A stretch of DNA of 64,000 bases, taken from assembly GCA_021786945.1 (NCBI GenBank), contig JAJYMK010000003.1:393471-457470 (forward strand). The letters run 5' to 3'. The notes under the pieces are model-generated. The model had not been told where the DNA came from and made no database searches. It was given only the letters and a program-made list of their open reading frames with translations. This stretch comes from a bacterium. GTDB taxonomy: Bacteria > Patescibacteriota > Minisyncoccia > UBA6257 > 02-FULL-45-10c. Made by a program: the position numbers and the translations under genes. This document shows positions 10,107 through 19,093 of this stretch, in pieces (the first letter of the stretch is position 1; the number at the start of each line of letters is the position of its first letter).

Positions 10107-11148
10107 TTTCCGGTTTTTCTATCTGCATCCTGCGCTTCATTTTCGTTTCAGACCAATGATTAATAACTTCCTGAACTAATACCGCCCCCGGTACAGCCAA
10201 AATAAAGCCAACAATTCCAGCCAATTGCCCACCAAGAAGAATAGCTATAAGGATTACCGCGGGATTTAAACTTGTTGTAAGCCTCATAAAAGTAGGGGTC
10301 AAAAACGTTCCCTCTAATTTTTGAATAACAACGAAGAAAATTAAAACATAAACAGCTAGTGCCTGTGATTGCGATAAAGCAATAAGAACTGCTACCGATC
10401 CACTGACAATTGGACCAACATAAGGAACTAATTCAAGGATGGCGGCCAAAATAGCCAGGACCAAACTATATTTTATTCCCAATAAAGAAAGACCTATAAA
10501 CACGGCAGTTCCTATACTTAAACTCAAAAGTATTTGACCCTCGAGCCACTTACCAATTTTATGCCTAGTCCTAAAATAAATACTCAAAATTTGATCTTCA
10601 TAACTCGGAGGCAAAATGGCTCGTAATAATTTTTCAACGCCATCTCTGTCAACCGAAAGGTAAAAAGAAAGCACGAAGGTCATAATAAACAAAGAAATGC
10701 CGCCCAAAAACTTGGACAGGGTATCAAAGAGGGATGTCCCTCCACTAAATAAAACCCCGGCTAATCTTCCAATACTTTCAGAAAAAGCACTCGAAACTTG
10801 CGAAAGCTTCTCTAAACCGAGAACCGGAATATCGGCTTTTGCCAAAACATCTATAAACGTATTTATTTCAGTAAGCGCTACCGGTAAAATTATGTAAATT
10901 AAAATAGCTATTAATAAGATAAGAAATACGAAAATCGCCAAAGCGCTCAAAACCCTTGGAATCCTGCGCTTTTCAAGCCAAGACATTATAGGATCTAAAG
11001 CCGAAGATATTACGATAGACAACAAAACCGCCAAAGAAATATCCTTGGCTAAATAAAATAAATAAGCTATTAAAAACACAAAAACCACACGCCATAAGCT
11101 TGCCCAGCTGATTTCTACCTGGATTTTACCGTTTTTTTCTAAGTTCAT
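10099..11148 (-). CDS. AI-2E/PerM-family membrane transporter
   Basis: Multi-TM protein with ALDP...LE..RIPR, VPYVGP, IQKLEG..L.P and LNPAVI..A..LGG motifs. Confidence 0.9.
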   Translation of the reverse strand: MNLEKNGKIQVEISWASLWRVVFVFLIAYLFYLAKDISLAVLLSIVISSALDPIMSWLEKRRIPRVLSALAIFVFLILLIAILIYIILPVALTEINTFIDVLAKADIPVLGLEKLSQVSSAFSESIGRLAGVLFSGGTSLFDTLSKFLGGISLFIMTFVLSFYLSVDRDGVEKLLRAILPPSYEDQILSIYFRTRHKIGKWLEGQILLSLSIGTAVFIGLSLLGIKYSLVLAILAAILELVPYVGPIVSGSVAVLIALSQSQALAVYVLIFFVVIQKLEGTFLTPTFMRLTTSLNPAVILIAILLGGQLAGIVGFILAVPGAVLVQEVINHWSETKMKRRMQIEKPENA

Positions 11149-11221
11149 TTTTTTACTCTACTATTTAGAACGTTTCAAATAGTAAAATAGTTTCGCAAAA
11201 AATCCGATCTATATTAGATTA

Positions 11222-12487
11222 CTATAAACTAAACCCCCTTTCAAATTGAGTCTTATTCTCAAAAGGACCGATGAGAGCCAAATTCAATCCAGAATTTTTA
11301 AAAATATCGTTTGCCACCTTTTTTATATCTTTTGCACTTACCGATTTAATTTTTTTAATTAACTGTTCTGGAGTCAGAATTTTTTCTTTAAAAATTTCCT
11401 GATCTCCGTAAAATTCCGCTACAGCATCGGATGTTTCTAGGCCAATCATCAATCTTCCTATAATATGGTTTTTAGATTTATCCAATTCGGCTTTGGATAT
11501 TTCCGTTTTTTTAATTTTATTTATTTCACCGAGAATAGCTTTTATGACTATCTCAACTTTTGTATTATCAACCCCAGCGGAAATTGCCAAAAGACCATGA
11601 TCAGTATATGCGGAGTTTCCGCAATTTACATAATATGCCGCACCTAGCTCTTCCCTGACTTTTTGAAAAAGCCTAGAACTCATTCCCCCGCCCAAAATAT
11701 CGCAAAGAACCCCCAAAATATATCTGCGTTTATCGAACGTATCAAAAGACCTGAATCCTAAAACTAAATGTGTCTGATCGGATTTCTTTGTTTCCAAAGA
11801 AACCATCGGTTTACTTTGAACTTCAGTAACTTTATTCTTACCCGATTTTAAAGACTTCGGAATAACTCCAAATACTTTTTCTATTTTTTTGAGCATTTGC
11901 TTTTCATTGAAATCACCGGCAACAACTATAGTAGTAGCCCCAGGAACATAATGATTTTTTCTGTAATTTATTAATCTTTCTCGGTTTATAGCCAAAACCC
12001 CCTCCTTCTTTCCAGCTATCGGCCAACCAGCCGGCTGATCGCCATAAACTAATTCCGTAAGATTTTCGTGTACCTTGCGCATGGGCAAATCTTCATACAT
12101 ATTAATCTCTTCAATAATCACGCCCTTCTCTTTTTCTATTTCTTTTTCTTCAAAAAGCGGATTGATATACATATCAGAAATAATATCTAAAGCATTATCT
12201 ATTTTGTCTGCACCAACTTTAGCAAAATATCCAGTAGCTTCGTTGCCCGTAAAAGCATTATAAACCGCCCCCAGGGATTCCATTTCAGAAGAAATAGCCA
12301 AGGCACTCGGACGTTTTTTTGTACCCTTAAAACACATGTGTTCCAAAAAATGAGAAATGCCATTTATCTCCTTGTTTTCATATTTAGAACCGGCTTCAAC
12401 TAAAACCAAAAATGTAGCAGCCAGACTTTTTGGCATAGAAATCAAAATAACCCTCAAACCATTTTTCAAAATGTGTTTTTTATACAT
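11222..12487 (-). CDS. M16-family zinc peptidase
   Basis: HFLEHMCFKG (HxxEH) and LGGGMSSRLFQKVRE. Confidence 0.95.
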   Translation of the reverse strand: MYKKHILKNGLRVILISMPKSLAATFLVLVEAGSKYENKEINGISHFLEHMCFKGTKKRPSALAISSEMESLGAVYNAFTGNEATGYFAKVGADKIDNALDIISDMYINPLFEEKEIEKEKGVIIEEINMYEDLPMRKVHENLTELVYGDQPAGWPIAGKKEGVLAINRERLINYRKNHYVPGATTIVVAGDFNEKQMLKKIEKVFGVIPKSLKSGKNKVTEVQSKPMVSLETKKSDQTHLVLGFRSFDTFDKRRYILGVLCDILGGGMSSRLFQKVREELGAAYYVNCGNSAYTDHGLLAISAGVDNTKVEIVIKAILGEINKIKKTEISKAELDKSKNHIIGRLMIGLETSDAVAEFYGDQEIFKEKILTPEQLIKKIKSVSAKDIKKVANDIFKNSGLNLALIGPFENKTQFERGFSL

Positions 12488-12495
12488 AAATAAAT

Positions 12496-13806
12496 TTATT
12501 TAATTTTTTCAGATAAGTAATTTTTAAGTTCGGAAATTTTTATTCTTTCTTGCTTAGTAGTGTCCCTACTCCTAACTGTTACAGCACCATCCTCCAAAGA
12601 ATCAAAATCAACAGTGATACAAAACGGAGTTCCAATTTCGTCTTGGGAATAATAACGTTTTCCAACATTTCCTCTGTCGTCCCATGTAAGCATAAAATCT
12701 TTTCTCAAAGAATCATATATTTCTTTGGCTTTAGAAACCAATTCGGGTTTATTCTTCAAAAGAGGAAAAACAGCGGCTTTATAAGGAGCTAATTTATAAG
12801 GCAATTTTAAAACTAACCTTTCCGGATTGGAGTCGTCAAAAGAACTGGATAAAACAGCCAAAACCGTTCTATCCACCCCCCAAGTAGGCTCGATAACATG
12901 AGGGATAATTTTTTCGTTTGTTTCCGGATCGGCATAACTCAAATCTTCCTTGCTGGCAACAGAATGATTTTTAAGATCAAAGTCTGTCCTATAAGCAAGT
13001 CCATATAATTCTTTTTTGCCAAAAGGAAATTCATATTCAAAATCAATAGTTCTTTTTGAATAATGCGCTCTCTCGCCGTCTGGAACTTCGAATTCATGAA
13101 CTTTTTCCATTTCGATGCCAATTTCCTTCATCCATCCAATCATTTCTTTTCTCCACATTTCAAAAATAGATTGCCAATCTTCATCTTTTTTAGGCGGTTT
13201 GATAAAATACTCTATTTCCATCTGCTCGAACTCTCTTGTCCTGAAAATAAAGTTACCCGGCGTTATTTCATTCCTAAAAGCCTTTCCTATTTGGGCAATA
13301 CCGAAAGGCAATTTTTTACGCGTAGTCTGCAAAACATTCTTAAAATCAACAAACATCGCCTGAGCGGTTTCGGGCCTAAAATAAACGATATTGGCCGCTT
13401 CCTCAGCGGGACCAAGAAACGTCTTAAGCATAAGATTAAACTGCCTAGACTCCGTAAAACTATCTTTGGTCCCGCAATTCGGACATGGATCTTTTACATT
13501 AATCAGATCGGCACGGAATCTTTCATGGCATTTCTTGCAGTCAACTAATGGATCGCTGAAATTTTTCAAATGACCGCTAGCTTCCCAAACTTTCGGATTC
13601 ATAATCAAAGCCGCATCTATTCCTACCACATCATCACGGGATTGAACAAAACGCCTCCACCAAAGCTGCTTAATATTATTTTTTAATTCAACGCCAATAG
13701 GGCCATAATCCCAAGAATTAGCCAAGCCTCCATAAATTTCACTGCCGGGAAATACAAATCCACGTCTCTTGCACAGCGAAATTATTTTATCCATTTTTGA
13801 TTCCAT
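12496..13806 (-). CDS. glyQS: Glycine--tRNA ligase (alpha2 type)
   Basis: EIYGG, RPETAQ, FRNEITPGNFIFRTREFEQME, GKRY..QDEIGTP. Confidence 0.97.
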   Translation of the reverse strand: MESKMDKIISLCKRRGFVFPGSEIYGGLANSWDYGPIGVELKNNIKQLWWRRFVQSRDDVVGIDAALIMNPKVWEASGHLKNFSDPLVDCKKCHERFRADLINVKDPCPNCGTKDSFTESRQFNLMLKTFLGPAEEAANIVYFRPETAQAMFVDFKNVLQTTRKKLPFGIAQIGKAFRNEITPGNFIFRTREFEQMEIEYFIKPPKKDEDWQSIFEMWRKEMIGWMKEIGIEMEKVHEFEVPDGERAHYSKRTIDFEYEFPFGKKELYGLAYRTDFDLKNHSVASKEDLSYADPETNEKIIPHVIEPTWGVDRTVLAVLSSSFDDSNPERLVLKLPYKLAPYKAAVFPLLKNKPELVSKAKEIYDSLRKDFMLTWDDRGNVGKRYYSQDEIGTPFCITVDFDSLEDGAVTVRSRDTTKQERIKISELKNYLSEKIK

Positions 13807-13808
13807 AT

Positions 13809-14079
13809 GAGTCTATTTCAATAATAACTTCCAAACGCGATATAGGCAAATTTTAGACAGAACAAGGAGCAAGAAGGAAATTCATAGTTTGAACTATATT
13901 TCCGACGAGCGACTCCGTTATGTATAAAACTAGCCATATCCTTTCAGGTTGTTATATAAAATAAATGATTTCTTCGTTACTCCTCCTCGATGTGGCTATA
14001 GCCACCATCTCGTCGTCGTGCCTTGAACTTATTTATTTATATATACAACACGTTTAGGAATTATTACTGAAATAGACTC
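13809..14079. repeat. MITE-like structured element with 29-bp imperfect terminal inverted repeats and two internal hairpin modules
   Basis: 13809-13837 matches the reverse complement of 14051-14079 at 25/29 positions. Internal palindrome GTGGCTATAGCCAC (13992-14005). A homologous copy starts at 63880. Confidence 0.75.
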
Positions 14080-14088
14080 CCAAAGAAT

Positions 14089-14116
14089 AAAACCGCCTAG
14101 TGAAAAGGCGGTTTTT
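14089..14116 (-). terminator. Intrinsic terminator
   Basis: AAAACCGCCT-AGTGAAA-AGGCGGTTTT just downstream of the 14126..15829 gene. Confidence 0.75.
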
Positions 14117-14125
14117 AAATTTAAT

Positions 14126-15829
14126 TTATGGCTGCACCACTCCCCCTTGTTGGCCAATAGTAATATCATTTGGCAATGCGGTGGTAATCTGATCAACTTT
14201 TAATTCAATAGAATTATTTGTAAATGCATCCGTTGCTTTCACGGTAGCCTCGCCAATAAGCGGCATATAATTTGCAATCTGAGAAGAAGACGGTGTGGCC
14301 TCTATCTGAAAAACAGCTCCAGCAGGATCGTCCACAAAACCCTTATTGGCTGGCAACTTATCCAGATTCCAGACCATTTCATTTGTTTTTTCATCAAATG
14401 TGGGCGCATTTCCAAAATCACTCTTGGCAATACCCGTAAATTTAACCCCGTCTTTGAGCTTGGCCCTTATTTCGATACCAGAAAAATCGGTAGCAAAACT
14501 TCTAAGATCCCAATGAACTGTAAAATTAGTAGCTTGGCCAACTTTTGGAGGCATGGAACCATTATTTAAAATTCCGGAGTCGGCATCTCTAAAATATGCT
14601 GCCGAAGACAAAGAAATACTTCCCGCTACTTTTGTTTCTATTTTTAAAATATTATAAGTTTTACTGGCATTCAAAGATTGCGGCACAGTCGGAGATTCAA
14701 TTTCAACCTTCACATTCAAAATAAAATCTTTATCTCCCAGTCTTCTGACGGGATAATTATTAGAGGTTTTAATGTTGAAATAAACAAATCCGGCGCTTCG
14801 CGGAGCAATATAATTAAGTTCCGGGGAATTACTTGAATTCCAAATTAAAGTATTATCCGACTTTCTAAAAACCGCCCTGGTATCCAAAGAGCCGAGATCA
14901 AAAAGCTCGCCCTGAAGCTGAGCCCTTACAACGGCATCTCTCAAAGGAACGTCGGAATTATTTATATAACTGATTACATATTTTAAACTATCTCCGGGAA
15001 CAGCAATGTAATCAGATTTATCATTAAGAATAACCCCTAAGGAAAGCGGAGATGGGGAAATAACAAGATTAACATCATTTAACTCCACAAAATAATCTTT
15101 GTCGCCCAAACTAATTTTAAATTTAGGTTTAAATGTGACTGTGGAATTATCCGGACCTATTACGCTACCCTTTATGGTAAATTTACCCTCTGATCCTTTT
15201 CTTAGATCGCCCAACTCCCAGACATTATTACCACTATCGGGTTTGGAATCCGAACTTAAAAAAGTAAAATTGGCCGGATATTCAACGCTAAATTCCAATC
15301 CATAAAAATCAACGTCGGAAACATTTTTGTAGTCAACGCCTACCTCAAATTCTTCACCGCTAAAAACTTTTTCCGGGGCTTTAATTTGTATATCGGCTCC
15401 ACTATTTAAAATTTTTATATCCTGTTCTGATTCTTTTTCGTACTTAGAAGAACCCAAAGAATAAGAAACTAAAACTTTTATTTTTTGAGTTTCATTTATA
15501 CCCCTTAAAAAAACTAAATTATATTTTTCGGAAACCAAGCTTCCCTGCCCCAAATCTCCGATATCCTTACTGTCAACCAATTTTTCCGTATTACTACCGA
15601 CAAAAGCCGCGCCATCGGGAATAGTAACGATAAGTATGACGTCTTTCAAAACAGAGCTCATCTGATTGCTAAATTCCACCTTAAAATCAAATGGTACTCC
15701 GGCCATAATTTCTTTAGGGGCAACCAAACCAACATCAAGATTTTGGCTGTTGTTATCAAAAATATAAAAAAGACTTATCCCTATAATAGCTACCAAAACT
15801 ATAATCGTAATTTTAAAAATATTATTCAT
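14126..15829 (-). CDS. Membrane-anchored beta-sandwich (DUF11-like) surface protein, hypothetical
   Basis: N-terminal TM; repeated Ig-like segments (V.Y.N...P..F.F...W.LG.L). Confidence 0.7.
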   Translation of the reverse strand: MNNIFKITIIVLVAIIGISLFYIFDNNSQNLDVGLVAPKEIMAGVPFDFKVEFSNQMSSVLKDVILIVTIPDGAAFVGSNTEKLVDSKDIGDLGQGSLVSEKYNLVFLRGINETQKIKVLVSYSLGSSKYEKESEQDIKILNSGADIQIKAPEKVFSGEEFEVGVDYKNVSDVDFYGLEFSVEYPANFTFLSSDSKPDSGNNVWELGDLRKGSEGKFTIKGSVIGPDNSTVTFKPKFKISLGDKDYFVELNDVNLVISPSPLSLGVILNDKSDYIAVPGDSLKYVISYINNSDVPLRDAVVRAQLQGELFDLGSLDTRAVFRKSDNTLIWNSSNSPELNYIAPRSAGFVYFNIKTSNNYPVRRLGDKDFILNVKVEIESPTVPQSLNASKTYNILKIETKVAGSISLSSAAYFRDADSGILNNGSMPPKVGQATNFTVHWDLRSFATDFSGIEIRAKLKDGVKFTGIAKSDFGNAPTFDEKTNEMVWNLDKLPANKGFVDDPAGAVFQIEATPSSSQIANYMPLIGEATVKATDAFTNNSIELKVDQITTALPNDITIGQQGGVVQP

Positions 15830-16310
15830 GGCAATATTTACAATAAAATGCCAGATCTTTTACGGAAAAAAAATCCGGCGAACCTTTAAGACAATTATTA
15901 CATTTAGCATGCATAGGGTCAAAACCCAGTATCTTCAAAGCTTGTATAAAAACCCCCTCTTCTACTTGTTTATCCTCCATACTCTTTAAAAATTCCCACA
16001 AGTCCGGATCTGGCTGATTTTCGGGAGCAATTTCTTTTATAAGATATAAGGTTTTAAATGCGGTTTTTCCAGGAATTATTTTCTTAGAAGACAGAACATC
16101 TATAAGTTGCGGCGAATTTTTATCTACTATCCTTACGGTTACATAATTAAGTGGTTCGGAATGGGCGGCTAATTTGGAAATAATTTTTCTTCCACTTGTT
16201 ATTTTTGCCACTACTTTTCCAAAATCTTTGGTAAACAAAAAAACTCTCGAGTCTTGCTCGGCCAAATCTATTTTATCCAGAACTACCGCTTCGGTAACAT
16301 ATTCCAGCAT
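15822..16310 (-). CDS. recO: DNA repair protein RecO (short form)
   Basis: TEAVVL...EQD.RV.LFTKDFGK OB-fold start; C-terminal CxxC...CxxC. Confidence 0.85.
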   Translation of the reverse strand: MLEYVTEAVVLDKIDLAEQDSRVFLFTKDFGKVVAKITSGRKIISKLAAHSEPLNYVTVRIVDKNSPQLIDVLSSKKIIPGKTAFKTLYLIKEIAPENQPDPDLWEFLKSMEDKQVEEGVFIQALKILGFDPMHAKCNNCLKGSPDFFSVKDLAFYCKYCHE

Positions 16311-16314
16311 TATT

Positions 16315-16959
16315 TTATTTTACCAAATTTAAAGCCAGGGGTCTTCCGCCTAATTTATGCGTAATCAGCTTTATAATATAATCCAATTTCTTCGGGTCCT
16401 CTAAATAATTCAAATCATCAAGCGGAATAGTCAAAACCTGAGATTTCATAAAATTGCCGGCCCACTCATCGTATAAACGGTTAAGATCCAATAGATATTT
16501 TTCGTCTATTTTCTGCTCGAATTCCCTGCCACGCATCTTTATCCTCTTTTTTATAGTCGGAACAGAATTCTTCAGATAAATAATCAGATCCGGGGAAGGC
16601 AATAATTCCAAAATAGACTGATAAAATCCCTGATACACATCCCAGTCGCGCTTTTCTATAAATCCCCTTTCAAACAAATTTTTCGCAAATATTTCCGCAT
16701 CTTCATAAATCGTCCTGTCCTGAATGAAAATTCCTTTTTCTTTGGAAAGAGAAACTTGATCTTTAAGGCGCTGGCCCAGAAAAAACATCTGAGAATGAAA
16801 TGCCCAGCGTTTCATGTCTTTATAAAAATCAGCCAAATATGGATTTTCCGAAGCGGGCTCAAAAACAGGCGTTGCCTGAAATTTTTCCGCTAAAACTTTG
16901 GTAAGGGTGGATTTACCTGCGCTAATATTGCCCGCTATAGCTATAAAGAGATTATCCAT
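16315..16959 (-). CDS. Deoxynucleoside kinase
   Basis: IAGNISAGKST P-loop, DRTIYED, RGREFE. Start moved to MDNLF because the longer ORF overlaps tRNA-Leu. Confidence 0.93.
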   Translation of the reverse strand: MDNLFIAIAGNISAGKSTLTKVLAEKFQATPVFEPASENPYLADFYKDMKRWAFHSQMFFLGQRLKDQVSLSKEKGIFIQDRTIYEDAEIFAKNLFERGFIEKRDWDVYQGFYQSILELLPSPDLIIYLKNSVPTIKKRIKMRGREFEQKIDEKYLLDLNRLYDEWAGNFMKSQVLTIPLDDLNYLEDPKKLDYIIKLITHKLGGRPLALNLVK

Positions 16960-16960
16960 G

Positions 16961-17044
16961 TGCACGGGACAGGATTTGAACCTGCATGACCTTACGGTCG
17001 CTACCACCTCAAGGTAGTGCGTCTGCCAGTTTCGCCACCCGTGC
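16961..17044 (-). tRNA. tRNA-Leu(GAG)
   Basis: Cloverleaf GCACGGG...CCCGTGCA, anticodon loop TTGAGGT, long variable arm, GGTTCAAATCC. Confidence 0.95.
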
Positions 17045-17131
17045 AAATTAACTAATAAGTATTATAACCAAAATTATATTTTTGTGAAATATAAAAACAA
17101 AAATCCCGGCATAAACCGGGATTTGAATTAT

Positions 17132-17461
17132 TTATTCAGCGGAACCAACTTTCTGTCTGGTCTGCTTTCTGGAAAGGTCTCTGATATAGTAAAGTTTTGC
17201 TCTGGAAACTTTTTTTGGAGAACTTAAAACTTCCAATTTCTGAATCTTGGTGGAATGAAGAGGAAAAATCCTTTCTACTCCGACTCCTGCCAAAGTTGTC
17301 CTTACGGTAAAAGAAGATCCGATCTCAGAACCGTGCTTTCTGGCAATAACCATGCCGGAAAATTGAGCAATACGTTCTTTGTCGCCTTCTTTAACTTTTT
17401 CATAAACCTTTACATTCGCTCCCGGTTTAATCTTATTAAAAATTTCTTTGTTTATTGGCAT
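17132..17461 (-). CDS. rplS: 50S ribosomal protein L19
   Basis: EGDKERI..F.G.VI, GVGVERIFPLHS, RAKLYYIR. Confidence 0.97.
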   Translation of the reverse strand: MPINKEIFNKIKPGANVKVYEKVKEGDKERIAQFSGMVIARKHGSEIGSSFTVRTTLAGVGVERIFPLHSTKIQKLEVLSSPKKVSRAKLYYIRDLSRKQTRQKVGSAE

Positions 17462-17527
17462 ATATTTGTATCACTATTTGTAGTTAACATAATACTTTAA
17501 AAAATAATTTTGGTCAACTAATAAAAA

Positions 17528-19045
17528 TTAATTCTGGGCATTATAAATCGAAAGGATTTCCGATCCGGATAAAGCCCTATTATACATAGCAACCTCATCA
17601 ATTAATCCACTAAAGAATAATCCATCCGCCCTTTTTCCTATTTTTAAAGTATCAGAATTGCTGCCATAAGTCGTAACCCCTGTAGAAACGGAGTTATTCA
17701 AACTTCCATTAATATATAATTCAACTTTACTTCCAGAAGTAAACACCCCGGATAATAAAACCCATTGATCTAACGGAACAACATTTACTGAAATGACATT
17801 TACGCTATTAGTAAATGCCGCGAAACTAAGAATTCCGTCTGGATTTATACGAATTTCGTAATTTCCTCCCTGGTTAGTACTTTGTTTTGTTAAAATCTCA
17901 CGATAATCGCCATATCCAGAAATATAAACCCAAGCTGTCCAACTAAAACTTGATAGTTGATCAACGGTTGAAGAATCCGGAACTTCAACATAACTAGAAC
18001 TTCCATTAAAACTTAAACCACTTCCACTTTTTCCAGCTACCCAACTCGCCCCATTTATACTTCCATTATTTCCATTTCCAGAAGAATCATAAACTGAAGT
18101 TCCAGTGTTTTCGTTAAATTTCCAATAACCAGTAAGACCGGAAGAGCTTAAAATTGAAAACAAATTAGATCCCGTTCCTGTACCAGTATCCGTATTAGTC
18201 ACAACGACATTCCAAGTTCCGACCGCGGCTCCAGTTATCGGGCAAGAACCTCCGGTAATAGAAGTGGCCGATGCTATAGTGAAACCGGTACAAGTTATAT
18301 CTGATTGGCCTGATTTTGTTAATTTTAATGTAGCGCCCGAAACAAAACCAGTTCCGGTAACCGAAGTCAAAGAAATTGAAGCATTATTATAGGCAAATTT
18401 AGAATTTATAGCCGTGACCGTAACCGTTCCCGGCCCTCCCCCTCCGGCAACATCGGTACCAAGAGCGGTATCAAGACTAAGATTATTTCCGATTTCAAAT
18501 CTGGTTGATTTTTGTCCCCCATCATTGGCAGCATTAGCAGCAAGGTATTTTTCTGATTCCATGGTAGCAGAAAGAGCCCAAGAGCCAGGGATATAGGTGT
18601 AGTAGTAACCATTGGCTACGGTATTGACTGGATCTATGGGAAGACTGGAGAAAAGGGTTCCGGCAGAAGATTGGACAGAAGCTAAATTAACCGGTATCCA
18701 GCCTGTACCGTCTATATTTCTGTAGTTGGCAGAAGTGGAGCAATGATAGCTACCACTGCTGAGAACTGGGAGACCAAGATCGGAACAATCAGCTTGGGCG
18801 CTGGGTAAAGATACGTAGACATCTCCATGGGTACCCATACTGGTACTACCTCCGAAGGATTAATACAGAAGAAGAGCTTGGTTGATAGATGTTAATTCTG
18901 TGATTCTATTGGCATCTCTGGATTGCTTAACTAACTGAGCTGGGTTTATGACTAAGAGAACTGTTGTTGCTAAGACTGCTAATATACCTATGACTATGAG
19001 TAGTTCTATGAGAGTGAAGGCTTTTTGGGATCCTATGCGATTCAT
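17528..19045 (-). pseudogene. Type IV pilin-like N-terminus fused to IPT/Ig-like and LamG domains, interrupted by one in-frame TAA (18860-18862)
   Basis: KAFTLIELLIVIGIL prepilin motif. ORFs 18860..19045 and 17528..18838 are in the same frame and read ...ALLLY*SFGGSTSMGTHG. C-terminal GYWKFNE...W...G.IDEVAMYNRALS is LamG-like. Confidence 0.8.
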
Positions 19046-19093
19046 GTATTAATTATTTTAGCATAATTAAAAAAATGATAAAATTAACAAGAT

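Noticed and set aside
13807-14090. T-box riboswitch upstream of glyS
   Set aside because: No UGGNACC T-box bulge or specifier-stem motifs on the minus strand. The region has terminal inverted repeats and a homologue elsewhere.
16960-17046. N-terminal extensions of the kinase, ParB (30981-31058) and methyltransferase (55663-55785) ORFs, and ORFs 23826..24032 and 23848..24075
   Set aside because: They are translations of tRNA genes.
18860-18862. Stop-codon reassignment to explain the pilin stop
   Set aside because: TAA ends most genes here and TGA ends leuS; no other gene shows internal stops.
17528-19045. Diversity-generating retroelement acting on the pilin-LamG gene
   Set aside because: No reverse transcriptase and no template/variable repeat pair were seen in the window.
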